Of a stretch of DNA of 64,000 nt, positions 29,940-41,300 are shown in pieces (positions within the stretch are counted from its first letter, which is position 1; each line of letters starts with the position of its first letter). The DNA lies in IMG/VR virus record IMGVR_UViG_3300047550_002723, positions 10,982-74,981 of that record; one strand, given 5' to 3'. Both the position numbers and the translations under genes were made by a program. The notes beneath the pieces were generated by a model. It saw only the letters and a list, made by a program, of their open reading frames with translations, made no database searches and was not told where the DNA came from. Source of the DNA: a virus.

Positions 29940-30311
29940 ATGGATCTCCTCCATTCGCCTCAGGAATACTTGTTTCATTTGAGAACGACAAGTCCAGGAG
30001 AAGCGAAACGATTATGGAGACATAACATAAAAGAGCAATGGAATCATCAGTGTGCTTATTGTGGGTCAGAAGAAGACCTTACAATTGACCATATCATTCC
30101 ACAGTCCAAGGGTGGAATGGACTTTACAAAAAATGTTGTTTGCTGTTGTAAAAAATGCAACCAATCAAAGGGACATGAGCACTGGAAATTGTGGTATGTT
30201 CAGCAAGATTTTTATAGTGAAGAGAGGTTTGATAAAATAGAAGAATGGATGAAACCAGATCCTCCTGTTAATTTATTCAAATATCGTCCAAGACGCAATA
30301 ATGTATCTTGA
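29940..30311 (+). CDS. HNH endonuclease
   Basis: CAYCG...LTIDHIIPQSKGG...NVVCCCKKCNQSKG. Confidence 0.85.
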   Translation: MDLLHSPQEYLFHLRTTSPGEAKRLWRHNIKEQWNHQCAYCGSEEDLTIDHIIPQSKGGMDFTKNVVCCCKKCNQSKGHEHWKLWYVQQDFYSEERFDKIEEWMKPDPPVNLFKYRPRRNNVS

Positions 30312-30367
30312 ATAAATAAATGAAAGGCAGTACATACTGTTTCTTTGGTAAATACCGAATGCGATAA

Positions 30368-32221
30368 ATGTCAACTCCGATCAGGATTAAACGCTCTGCT
30401 GTTCCTGGTAAAAGACCTACAGTAGACCAACTCTTAAGTGCTGAATTAGCCTATAATACTTATGATGGTGAACTCACTGCAAAAAGAGAGCGTCCAGGAA
30501 TCGGCACAGACATTATTCGTATCGGTGCAGGCGCAACAGTAACTAATGTCATTTATGTCACAAAAGACGGAAACGACTCCAACACAGGACTCAAACTCGG
30601 AGACGCAAAAGCAACCATCGCAGGAGCAGTCGCAATCTCAACAGCAGGATCTGTTATTAGAGTTAGTGCTGGATCTTATGTAGAAAATAATCCTATTCAA
30701 ATTCCCAATCAGGTTAGCATTGTTGGGGATAGTTTAAGAGAGGTCTCCATTACTCCACAAAATCAGGGAGACCTTTTTTATGTTGGTGTTGGAAATTATA
30801 TTGCCGAAATGTCATTTGTAGGTTCTGCAAATACTGGGGCAATTTTTGCTTTCAATCCAAACAAACCAGTTTATAACGACCAGTCACCTTATATTCAGAA
30901 CTGTACTAACTTCATTCCAAACAGTATCGGAATGAAAGTCGATGGGAAATATTCAATCGGACCAACTAAGTCAATGGTTCTTGACTCATATACACAATAC
31001 AATCAAGGTGGTATCGGAGTCTCAATTACAAATGAAGGATATGCACAGTTAGTTTCACTCTTTACAATCTGTCCAGACACTGCCGTCTTCTGTGGATCTG
31101 GTGGTGCCTGTGACTTAACAAACTCCAACGCATCATTCGGTAATTATGGTCTTGTTGCCGATGGTATTGGATTCAGAAAGTACACGGGGATTGTGACCGT
31201 ATCTGCGGAAGCAAATAGTGATACTTTTGTTTTAGATTTGAACGTGTCAACTTATAACGTATCGAATGCAGTTTATGATAATGTCAGTGGTGTAACAACA
31301 ATTACGACTTCAGCAAATCATAACTTCAGTGTTGGAATGGGAGTGACGATTGCAGGTCTTGGATTTACCTGTCCTTCTGGTCCTGGTATTGTAACATATC
31401 CAAGTGGAAATTTTGGTTATGTGTTTGAAGTTCAGTCAGTTCCAGCAGCAAATCAACTTGTAGTTAATGTTGGTCCATCAACTCTTCCTCATACTTATGT
31501 TTCTGGTGGAACTGTTAAAATTAATGTCGTAAGACCTTTTGATGGTCAGGTTGTTTATTTTGATAATTTATATTACACTGTTAATAAGATTATAGTTGGG
31601 TCTGGAGGCACTGGATATACAAATACACCAATTATTACGATTGATTCTCCATTAACTGATTGGGGAGTTCAGGCAACAGCAGTTGCAGAAGTTGTGAATG
31701 GTTCTGTGACTTCTGTTGAAATTGTTTCAAGTGGAAGGGGATATACAACAACACCGAATATTACTATTTCATCACCTGATGTTGGGATAAATACAGCAAC
31801 AGTTACTTTAGAATTACTTCCAACTTATTATTCAATCTTAAGTTCTACTCCAGTTTCTTCTGGAATTTGTACAATTACTGTGACTGAGAATGTTCCTTAT
31901 GCTGTTGGTGTTGGATTAACAGTGCCATTCTTTAAACAAAGTAGAGTATTGGCATCTGGACATTCTTTTGAATATATTGGTTCTGGTACAAATATTAATG
32001 CTGCTCTTCCTACTCAGGGTGGTGTTCCAATTCAAGATAATGAAATTGATATGAGAAATGGTGGTCTAGTTGTTTTTACAAGCACGGATCAGTCAGGTAA
32101 CTTTAGAATTGGTGATGGTGTGCAAATTAATCAACAAACTGGGACAATTTCAGGTAGATTTTATTCTAAGAGTTTGTTTTCAACAATGACACCATTTATA
32201 CTCGCACTAGGAGGAGAATAA
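30368..32221 (+). CDS. Virion structural / tail-associated protein with beta-helix-like region
   Basis: N-terminal IRIKRSAVPGKRP...ELAYNTYDG fibre motif, YVTKDGNDSNTG...KATI..A, GSGGTGYT repeats. Confidence 0.7.
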   Translation: MSTPIRIKRSAVPGKRPTVDQLLSAELAYNTYDGELTAKRERPGIGTDIIRIGAGATVTNVIYVTKDGNDSNTGLKLGDAKATIAGAVAISTAGSVIRVSAGSYVENNPIQIPNQVSIVGDSLREVSITPQNQGDLFYVGVGNYIAEMSFVGSANTGAIFAFNPNKPVYNDQSPYIQNCTNFIPNSIGMKVDGKYSIGPTKSMVLDSYTQYNQGGIGVSITNEGYAQLVSLFTICPDTAVFCGSGGACDLTNSNASFGNYGLVADGIGFRKYTGIVTVSAEANSDTFVLDLNVSTYNVSNAVYDNVSGVTTITTSANHNFSVGMGVTIAGLGFTCPSGPGIVTYPSGNFGYVFEVQSVPAANQLVVNVGPSTLPHTYVSGGTVKINVVRPFDGQVVYFDNLYYTVNKIIVGSGGTGYTNTPIITIDSPLTDWGVQATAVAEVVNGSVTSVEIVSSGRGYTTTPNITISSPDVGINTATVTLELLPTYYSILSSTPVSSGICTITVTENVPYAVGVGLTVPFFKQSRVLASGHSFEYIGSGTNINAALPTQGGVPIQDNEIDMRNGGLVVFTSTDQSGNFRIGDGVQINQQTGTISGRFYSKSLFSTMTPFILALGGE

Positions 32222-32225
32222 AAGA

Positions 32226-32567
32226 ATGGCATTAGCACTTAACGTATTTAAAACAGTTACTAAAATTGCTCCAACAAGTCCAGTTGGAATCTACACCGCA
32301 CCAGTTGGATATACCGGAGTTGTCCTTTTAGCACAGGCAGCAAATATTGGAAATAATACTCAAACAATTTCTTTTTCTCATAAAAGGTCAGTTGCAGGAA
32401 TTGCAGTGACTACAGAAATTTTAAAAAATTATCCAATATCGGCAAGTGATACTGCAAATCTTCTTGCAGGTAAATTAGTTCTTGAGTCCGGTGATGTTCT
32501 TGTATTATCTGCAAGTAGTGGAACTGATATTAAATTTTTAGGAAGCATTCTAGAAACACTTAACTAA
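32226..32567 (+). CDS. Small virion protein
   Basis: IYTAP...KLVLESGDVL; late cluster. Confidence 0.6.
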   Translation: MALALNVFKTVTKIAPTSPVGIYTAPVGYTGVVLLAQAANIGNNTQTISFSHKRSVAGIAVTTEILKNYPISASDTANLLAGKLVLESGDVLVLSASSGTDIKFLGSILETLN

Positions 32568-32568
32568 A

Positions 32569-35500
32569 ATGGCAAAATACGTCAGCGGCAGACAGAAAAA
32601 TCTTAAGGTTGGTTTATCCTCTTATAGTGAGAATTTAACTTCTCTAGAGGTTATTGGATCTGCTGTTTTTAGTGGTGAAAGTTCTGGGGAACTTGTTAGA
32701 ATTAGTCAAATTGGTACTGGTCCTGCTTTAATTGTAGAAGATAGTGCAAATCCAGATACCACACCTTTTGCAGTTACGACGGATGGTAGAGTTGCAATTG
32801 GTCTTGGTCCATCTGGTATTAGTACATTTTATAAGTTAGAAGTTGATGGTAATGGTAATGGTGGAGGTGTTCGTTTTGTAAGTGGTGGGCAGGGTGACTT
32901 AATCTTTAGTCACTCAAATTTAGTTTCTAATATTCGTGCTGCTGGATCTGTTCAACTTGGTCTTGGTGCAAATGGTGAAGATGCAATAAGAATTAATTTG
33001 AATAATAATGTTGGTATAGGCACAACTGTACCGACATCAAAATTGTATGTTGTTGGTGATGGATATTTTACTGGTGTTATTACTGCTTCAAATCTTAATG
33101 TAAGTGCAGCATCTTCTTTTGCACAACTTTATGTTTCGGGTATTTCTACTCTCGCTGCAAATGGTGGAATTACTACAACTGGTGGAGACTTATATGTTGG
33201 TGGTGATTTATACATTGCAGATGATTTAAGATTTGATGAATTTACTGCAAGGAATGCAAACGTAACTGGCATTACTACTCTTGGAGTTACAACAGTAACA
33301 CGCTTAACAGCACAGAGTATTAATTCTTCTGGTATTGTAACTGGTTCTACCTTTAGACCTTCAAGTGGATATATTCAGTCACCAAATGGCACCAATGCTT
33401 TCTACATTTATGATGGCACTGGAAATGTAGCATTCCAAGGAACTATTGGTGCAAGTCAAATTAACAATGCTAGTGGTTATAAGGTAATTGGGTTTGCTGG
33501 AACTGATATTACCTTTGAGAATGATGCTCGCATTGGCAAGAATGCTTATATCTTAGGAGTTACAACTTCTCTTGGTGGTTTTGTAGGCAACTTAACTGGT
33601 ATTGCAGCATCTGCAACTCAATTAGTTACTCCAAGAACTTTTGAAATTACTGGAGACGTTGTAGCATCTGCAATCAGTTTTGATGGAACTGGTAATGTAT
33701 CATTAGCAGCAACTATTCAACCTAATAGTGTTGGTCTTGGCACTGATACCTTTGGTGATTATGTAAAGAGTATTTCTGGAACTGTAGGTCAAATTGACGT
33801 AACTGGAGGAACTGGCGAAGGTTCAACTCCTGTTGTTGCTTTTTCTGCAAATCCAACCATTGGTGGAAATGTAACGATTGGAAATGACCTACAAGTCAAT
33901 AATAATTTAAATGTTAATGGTAATATTACAATTGGTGGAACGAGTGCTTATATTATTGTAAATGATTTTAGAGTTAAAGATGGTGATATTGTTCTTGGTT
34001 TTACCACTAATGGTTCTGGACAAGATATTTCAAATGATACTACCGCAAATCATGGTGGTATTGCTGTTGCGTCCACAGAAGGAAATCCGTTAGTTCAACT
34101 TTTTATTGCTGGTATTGAGACAACCCCTGCCACATATAAGAAAATTATGTGGTTCAAAGCGGGTGCTTTTGCTGGACTGAATACTGACGCTTGGTTGAGT
34201 AATTATGCGATTGGTATTGGCAGCACTCAATTCCCATCAGGAACCAGACTTGCTGCTGGTTCAGTTCAATTCACTGAGAATGATTTAGCAGTTGTAAGAA
34301 ATATCAACGCTTCTGGTATTATCACAGGAACTCTTGCAAATACTCTTACACTGAATACTTCTGGGACTGGTCTTTCTGGTTCTACAATTTATAATAATTC
34401 TGGTGCTACAACCTTTACTGTCACCAGTAATGCAACCAGTAATAATACCCCAAGCACAATTGTTGCTCGGGATGCTTCTGGAAACTTTAGTGCAGGAACA
34501 ATTACTGCTAACTTAACTGGTACAGCATCAACAGCATCCTTTGCTACAACAGCATTTAATTTAAGTGATGCAGCAAACATTACCACTGGAACCATTAATA
34601 GTGCTAGATTATCTGGAACTTATAATATTGATATTAATGGTAATGCAACTTATGCAACCAATGCTGGAATATCTACAAATGTTATAGGTGGCATTGCCTC
34701 AGTTACTCAATTAAATGTTTCAGGTATTACTACTCTTGGAGTTGCAAGTGTAACTAATTTAACTGTACAACAAGTTAATGCATCTGGTATCGCTACATTT
34801 GGATCATTTAATATTGGAGCAACACAGGTTATTAGTTCTGCAAGACAATTGCAGAATATCTCTTCTCTTGATGCCACTACAACAGCAACAATTGAGGCAG
34901 CAATTCAAAATGCTCCTAATACCTTTACTGATTTGCAAGTTACTGGTATTAGTACTCTTGGAATTACAAGTACTACTAATTTAACATCACAACAACTGAA
35001 CGTATCAGGTATTTCTACATTCTCTGGCATTACTACTAGCACATCATCACTCTTTGCTAACCAACTAAGTGTCTCTGGTGTTTCTACATTCTCTGGTATT
35101 ACTACTAGCACATCATCACTCTTTGCTAACCAACTAAGTGTCTCTGGTGTTTCTACATTCTCTGGTATTACTACTAGCACATCATCACTCTTTGCTAATC
35201 AATTAAGTGTTGTAGGACCATCAACCTTTGTTGGTATCACAACCAATAATTCTACTCTCTTTGCTAACCAGTTGAGTGTTGCTGGAGTCTCCACTCATAT
35301 AGGTATTAGCACATTCCAGTCTACACTCTTCGCTAATCAATTAAGTGTTGTAGGACCATCAACCTTTGCTGGTATCGCAACCAATACTTCTACACTCTTT
35401 GCTAACCAATTCAGTGTTGCTGGTGTTACAACTCTTGCTTCGAATGGTGGTATTACAACAACTGGTGGTGATTTATATATTGGTGGTGATTTGTATGTTA

Positions 35501-38307
35501 AAGATGATTTAGTATTTGATGAGTTTACCGCAAGAAATGGAACACTAACCGGAAGCTTAACTTCAAAACAAGTTGCTTCTCAATATTTTGGAGAATTACA
35601 TAGAAATACTCACACATCAATTACTGTAACTTCAGAGAATAAAACTTCAAATCACAAATATAGTGGAAGTGGTTCTGCCCTTGGATATTATTTTGATGGA
35701 GATGAATCACCATATCTTCAGTTTATTCCTGGAAAAACATATAGGTTCGATCAGTCTGATGCTTCAAACACAAACCATCGTTTAAGATTCTATCTTGATG
35801 CAAATAAAAATCAAGAATATACTGGTGGAGTAACATCTAGTGGAACTCCAGGAAATTCTGGTGCATATACGGAAATTGTAGTTACTAAAACTACACCAAT
35901 AGTTCTTTATTATCAGTCAGACAATGATGTTCTGATGGGTAATCAAATACAGACGGTTGGATCGTTTGTATATCTTGAAAATAATCTTGGTGTAGGAACT
36001 GCAAATCCAGTTCAACAATTCCAAGTTGGTCAGACATTTGTTGTAACATCGAATACTAATGTTGGTATAGGAACTACAAATCCAACCGCTAAATTGGATG
36101 TTATTGGACATACTGAACTTGATACTCTTAATGTTTCTGTTGCTTCTACTACAGGGAGATTGAATGTTTCTGGTCTTACAACAACTCAAACATTACATGT
36201 AAGTTCTGGATCTACATTCAGAGATGATATTACAGTTCTTCTTGATGGAACTTCTGCCATTGGCATTGGAACAACTGCGTTTACACCACTATCTGGATAT
36301 ATCGTAGATGTTCGAGGAAATGTTAATATTGGTGGAACACTAATTGTTAATGGATCTAATGTAGAAGATAGTATAACTTCCGAACAGGGTAATTTTGTTA
36401 GTGTAGCAACTACTAATCTTTATGTTTCTGGTATTGCCACGTTCATAAACAATCCAGTTGATATAAAGGCAGGAATTGCAGTCACTGGTGGAAATGCCAA
36501 TTTTGATAATGGAACTCTATTTGTTGATGCTTCTGGAAATAGGGTTGGTGTTGGAACAACTCTTCCATCTTATACACTTGACATTATTGGTAGTGTTCAT
36601 GCAACTGGTTATACATCAACAAGATATTTAACTGTAGGAACTGGTTCTAGTGAATATACTTTCCCAGATTATGATGGTGTAAATGGTGCAGTTTTAAAAA
36701 CGGATGGAAATGGAAACCTTGATTGGGTTACTAATTCTGCACTGAGACAATCGACAGAAATTACTGCAGGTGCTGGACAAACAAACTTCAATGTTACATA
36801 TACCCCAGGACTAGTTGATGTTTTCCTGAACGGTGTAAAACTTGCAAGTACTGATTATGTAGGAACAAGTGGAACATCAATAGTTTTAAATGTTTCTGCC
36901 TCTTCTGGAGACACTTTACAGGTAGTAGCATTTAGTACTGATAGTGTTTCAACCAGAGCAATTCTTGACTATTGGAATGGTGATGAAGTTGGAAACATTT
37001 ACAATATTACAGATAATGTTGGTATTGGTGTAAGTGTTCCATCACAACTTCTTGATGTTGCAGGTGATGCAAGAATTCGTGGTGGTCTATACGACAACAC
37101 AAATTCCTCTGGTTCTAATCAGCAAGTTCCTCTTTCTGATGGTTTAGGTGGATGGGTTTGGGGAAATGTTCCAACCGCAGGAGTCTCAACTGGTGGTGGA
37201 AGTAAGAAAAATGTTCAGTTTCATAATGCTGCTGGTATTCTTGGTGGATCAAATGAATTTAATTTTGATTATGACACATCTAGAGTTGGTATTGGAACAA
37301 CTTCTCCAACTGAAAAACTAGATGTTAGAGGAAATATATATGTTTCTAATATTTCTACTTTAGGTACTGTTAAGATTTCGTCTGGAATTATTACTGCAAG
37401 TTCAGGAGTTGTTACTTATTATGGAGATGGTTCTGGTTTATCAAACTTAAATGCTTCTAATCTTTCTTCAGGGGTAGTCCCATCTGCAAGATTAAGTGGT
37501 CTATATGATATTAGTATCAGTGGTTCCGTTGCTGGAGATACAATATCAGTTTCTACTGCAACAGTTACAAACAATCTTGTAGTTGGTCCAATTGGATCTG
37601 CAACAACTTTTGTAAGAGCAACTGCTGATGGTAATTTGAGAGTAACAGGAATCACAACTCTTGCTCAACTAGTCATTGGAACTTCTGCTGCAATTACTTC
37701 TGTTGATACTGATTTAAATTCAGTGTCTGGATCTGATGATACTCTTGCTTCTGCAAAGGCAATTAAGACTTATGTGGATGCTCAGATTACTGCTCAAGCA
37801 TTAAGTGTTCAAGGTGATAGTGGTGGAGCACTTTCAATTGATCTGGATAGTGAGACATTAACGATTGCTGGAACCCCAAATGAAATTACTGCAGTAGGTT
37901 CTGGTAACAGCATTACTGTTGGACTTCCTGATAATGTAACTGTTACGAATATTGTAACTGCAAATGCTGGTTTTGCAAATACAATGTCTTATTCCAATAC
38001 CATTACTGGCACTGGAAATACTACATCTACAATTACTCTTTATGATCAATTATCCGCATCTATCTATCGTTCTGTAGAATACTCTGTACAGGCAACTCAA
38101 GGAACTAACTATCACTTTACTAAAATTATAGTTGTTTCTTCTGGAACAACTGCTTACATGACAGAGTATGGAACTGTATTTAATAATTCTTCAGTTGCAT
38201 CATATACTTCTGATGTTTCTGGTGGTTATATTCGTTTACGTGCAACCACATCAACTGCAACAACAACAAATTATGTTGTAAACTTTACTGCAAATAAGAC
38301 TTACTGA
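32569..38307 (+). CDS. Long tail fibre protein (1912 aa)
   Basis: VGIGTTxPxxKLxV repeats, VSGIST repeats, VARDASGNFSAGTITA motif. Confidence 0.8.
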   Translation: MAKYVSGRQKNLKVGLSSYSENLTSLEVIGSAVFSGESSGELVRISQIGTGPALIVEDSANPDTTPFAVTTDGRVAIGLGPSGISTFYKLEVDGNGNGGGVRFVSGGQGDLIFSHSNLVSNIRAAGSVQLGLGANGEDAIRINLNNNVGIGTTVPTSKLYVVGDGYFTGVITASNLNVSAASSFAQLYVSGISTLAANGGITTTGGDLYVGGDLYIADDLRFDEFTARNANVTGITTLGVTTVTRLTAQSINSSGIVTGSTFRPSSGYIQSPNGTNAFYIYDGTGNVAFQGTIGASQINNASGYKVIGFAGTDITFENDARIGKNAYILGVTTSLGGFVGNLTGIAASATQLVTPRTFEITGDVVASAISFDGTGNVSLAATIQPNSVGLGTDTFGDYVKSISGTVGQIDVTGGTGEGSTPVVAFSANPTIGGNVTIGNDLQVNNNLNVNGNITIGGTSAYIIVNDFRVKDGDIVLGFTTNGSGQDISNDTTANHGGIAVASTEGNPLVQLFIAGIETTPATYKKIMWFKAGAFAGLNTDAWLSNYAIGIGSTQFPSGTRLAAGSVQFTENDLAVVRNINASGIITGTLANTLTLNTSGTGLSGSTIYNNSGATTFTVTSNATSNNTPSTIVARDASGNFSAGTITANLTGTASTASFATTAFNLSDAANITTGTINSARLSGTYNIDINGNATYATNAGISTNVIGGIASVTQLNVSGITTLGVASVTNLTVQQVNASGIATFGSFNIGATQVISSARQLQNISSLDATTTATIEAAIQNAPNTFTDLQVTGISTLGITSTTNLTSQQLNVSGISTFSGITTSTSSLFANQLSVSGVSTFSGITTSTSSLFANQLSVSGVSTFSGITTSTSSLFANQLSVVGPSTFVGITTNNSTLFANQLSVAGVSTHIGISTFQSTLFANQLSVVGPSTFAGIATNTSTLFANQFSVAGVTTLASNGGITTTGGDLYIGGDLYVKDDLVFDEFTARNGTLTGSLTSKQVASQYFGELHRNTHTSITVTSENKTSNHKYSGSGSALGYYFDGDESPYLQFIPGKTYRFDQSDASNTNHRLRFYLDANKNQEYTGGVTSSGTPGNSGAYTEIVVTKTTPIVLYYQSDNDVLMGNQIQTVGSFVYLENNLGVGTANPVQQFQVGQTFVVTSNTNVGIGTTNPTAKLDVIGHTELDTLNVSVASTTGRLNVSGLTTTQTLHVSSGSTFRDDITVLLDGTSAIGIGTTAFTPLSGYIVDVRGNVNIGGTLIVNGSNVEDSITSEQGNFVSVATTNLYVSGIATFINNPVDIKAGIAVTGGNANFDNGTLFVDASGNRVGVGTTLPSYTLDIIGSVHATGYTSTRYLTVGTGSSEYTFPDYDGVNGAVLKTDGNGNLDWVTNSALRQSTEITAGAGQTNFNVTYTPGLVDVFLNGVKLASTDYVGTSGTSIVLNVSASSGDTLQVVAFSTDSVSTRAILDYWNGDEVGNIYNITDNVGIGVSVPSQLLDVAGDARIRGGLYDNTNSSGSNQQVPLSDGLGGWVWGNVPTAGVSTGGGSKKNVQFHNAAGILGGSNEFNFDYDTSRVGIGTTSPTEKLDVRGNIYVSNISTLGTVKISSGIITASSGVVTYYGDGSGLSNLNASNLSSGVVPSARLSGLYDISISGSVAGDTISVSTATVTNNLVVGPIGSATTFVRATADGNLRVTGITTLAQLVIGTSAAITSVDTDLNSVSGSDDTLASAKAIKTYVDAQITAQALSVQGDSGGALSIDLDSETLTIAGTPNEITAVGSGNSITVGLPDNVTVTNIVTANAGFANTMSYSNTITGTGNTTSTITLYDQLSASIYRSVEYSVQATQGTNYHFTKIIVVSSGTTAYMTEYGTVFNNSSVASYTSDVSGGYIRLRATTSTATTTNYVVNFTANKTY
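35008..35425 (+). repeat. 69-nt (23-aa) tandem repeat in tail fibre; ~3 near-exact plus ~3 degenerate copies
   Basis: GVSTFSGITTSTSSLFANQLSVS unit. Confidence 0.9.
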
Positions 38308-38348
38308 TAAATAATAAAAAAGCATTTCATCAAAGGGGATAGTGAACC

Positions 38349-41300
38349 TTGACGAATCAAGATTTTAGAGTTAAAAACGGTTTACAAGTTGGAGTTGGTG
38401 GAACTGTTTTTACTGCCGATATAGGTGGTAAAGTAGGCATTAACAGTACATTTCCAACTGCAACATTAGACATTCAAGGAACAGTTAAGTCTTCTGGAAC
38501 GATTACTGCCCCAACTTTTGCTGGAACAGCAACAACTGCAAATAATTTATCGAATGCTGCTAATATTACAACTGGGACAATAAGTGCAGATAGACTATCT
38601 GGAAATTATAATATTAGTATTAGTGGTTCTGTTGCTGGAGATACAATTTCAATTAGTACTGCTTCAGTATCAAATAATCTTAATGTAGGATCTGGTAATA
38701 CTGGTGTGTTTGCAACTGGTGGTGGAAACTTGCGTGTTTCTGGAATTACGACTCTTGGAGTTACAAGCACTACTAATCTCACAACACAACAACTAAATGT
38801 TTCTGGAATTACGACTCTTGGAGTTACAAGCACTACTAATCTCACAACACAACAACTAAATGTTTCTGGTGTTTCGACATTTACTGGAGCAGTTACCGGT
38901 ACAATATCTACTGCAACAAAATTAGAAAATTCAAGAACATTTGAAATCACCGGTGATGTTGTTGCATCACCAGTCAGTTTTGATGGAACGGGTAACGTAT
39001 CTTTAGCAGCAACTATCCAACCCAATTCAGTCGCTCTTGGATCCGATACAACTGGTGATTATGTTCAGTCAATTAGCGGCACTTCTAACCAAATTACTGT
39101 TACTGGTGGAACTGGAGAAAGTTCAACACCAACTCTAAGTGTTCCAAATCAATTCACTGCCCCTCAAGATGTTACAGTTATAAGAGATCTCCAAGTCAAT
39201 CGTAACTTAAATGTTAATGGTAACATCACAATTGGTGGAACTGCAGCAACATTATTTACAACAGAACTTAAAGTAGCAGATCCAGACCTCGTTCTTGGTT
39301 TTAGGACTGATGGTAGTGGTAATGATGTTTCTAATGATACTACTGCAAATCATGGTGGTATTGCTGTTGCATCAACAGAAGGTAATCCACTGGTTCAACT
39401 CTTTATTGCTGGCATTGAAACTACTCCATCCACATATAAGAAGATTATGTGGTTTAAGGCAGGTGAGTTTGCTGGATTGAATACTGATGCCTGGTTGAGT
39501 AATTATGCCGTAGGTATTGGTTCAACACAATTCCCAACAGGAACTCGTCTTGCTGCTGGTTCAGTTCAATTCACTGAGAATGATTTAGCAGTTGTAAGAA
39601 ACATTAATGCTTCTGGTATTATAACTGGAACTCTTGCAAATACATTAACTCTTAATACATCTGGCACTGGACTATCTGGTTCTGCAACATATAATAACTC
39701 TGGTGCTACAACATTTACTGTTACAAGTAATGCAACTAGCAACAATACATCTAGCACAATTGTTGCTCGTGATGCTTCTGGAAACTTTAGTGCAGGAACG
39801 ATCACAGCATCTTTAACTGGTACTGCTTCTACAGCATCCTTTGCCACAACTTCTTATAACTTAACCGACGCTGCAAATATTACTACTGGAACTATTAATA
39901 GTGCTAGATTAACTGGTACTTATAATATTGATATAAATGGTTTTGCTTCAACTTCTGGAGTATCTACAAGTGTAAGTGGTGGTACTGGATCTCTTACACA
40001 ACTTAGTGTTTCCGGTGTTACAACAACATCAATACTTAATGTAGGAACTGGTGGAACAGTCATCACCACAACTGCTACTGGTTTAGTCGGCATTGGAACC
40101 ACAAGACCAACATCAACTCTTGATGTTCGTGGTGAAATTAGCATTGGAAAAGTTAATAACTCAATATATGGGATAAATCCTTCTGCAGTAATTTCTGCTG
40201 AAAGTACTACTAATAATAATATAATTTATTTTACTGCTGCAGAAGCTTCTGATGGTTCTCCAGCAACTGGTAATCGATTATCGATTGGCATTAATACTAC
40301 TTCAAACTATAGTGGATCTGGTGCAGCTCCTGACCTTTTCTTTGTCGGTGAAGATAATATTATTACAGGAAATTCTTCTCCAAAAATAAAAATTGCTAAT
40401 CCTAATTATCTCAATGATGATTTTTATTCATTAGAGGCTGTATATTCTGGAGCAGGTGGAATCAACCCTCCTTATGGGTATATTAGAAACGAACTTTATG
40501 ATGCAACATATTCTATAGCATTAAATGATTCCTTTGCATTTTCTGTTGGAGATAGGGTTTCTATAAGTGGAACTAGAGCATCTAACTTCAATTCTGGAAA
40601 TGAAGCATTTGTTGTATTATTAGATGGGTCAACTTCTTTATTCCATAGTAAATCTAAAAAGTTTGAAACTTCTGGTGTTGGTGTAACTGTTTATGGTAAT
40701 CTAAATGTGGGAACTGGTGGAACAGTCATCACCACAACTGCTACTGGTTTAGTCGGTATTGGAACCACAAATCCAATAGGAACACTTGAGGTTGTTGGTA
40801 GTGTTGTTGCAGATGGATTTGATATTAGGAACTTACCTAGAACACAGTTAGTTTCTTATGCTTCTGCTTCTGATATTTCTAACTCAGCATTAAGTATTAC
40901 CGGAGTTTCAACTTATACATTAGTAGGATCTTTTAGCACTACATATGAATACTCATATAGTGGACCTGCAATAAGTGCTGATGGTGGAACCATTATTGTT
41001 GGTGATTTCAGTGCCAGTTCACTCGGTGTTGAAGGTGCTGTCTATGTTTATGATCGTGTAGGTGCAGGAAGTTCAATTGTTCAGGTTGGTATTCTGACTA
41101 ATGGCATTTCTGTTGGTGGTGGCACACCAGCTGCATTTGGGAATTCAGTAGCAACAAGTGCTGATGGTAAAACTATTGCTGTCGGTGCTATTGGTGATGA
41201 ATTATCGGGCACTGGTAATTATGGTCTTGTTTATGTTTTTGATCGTGTGGGAGTTGGGTCACTATCCACATTTAATCGGGTTGGTATTTTAACCGGTTCT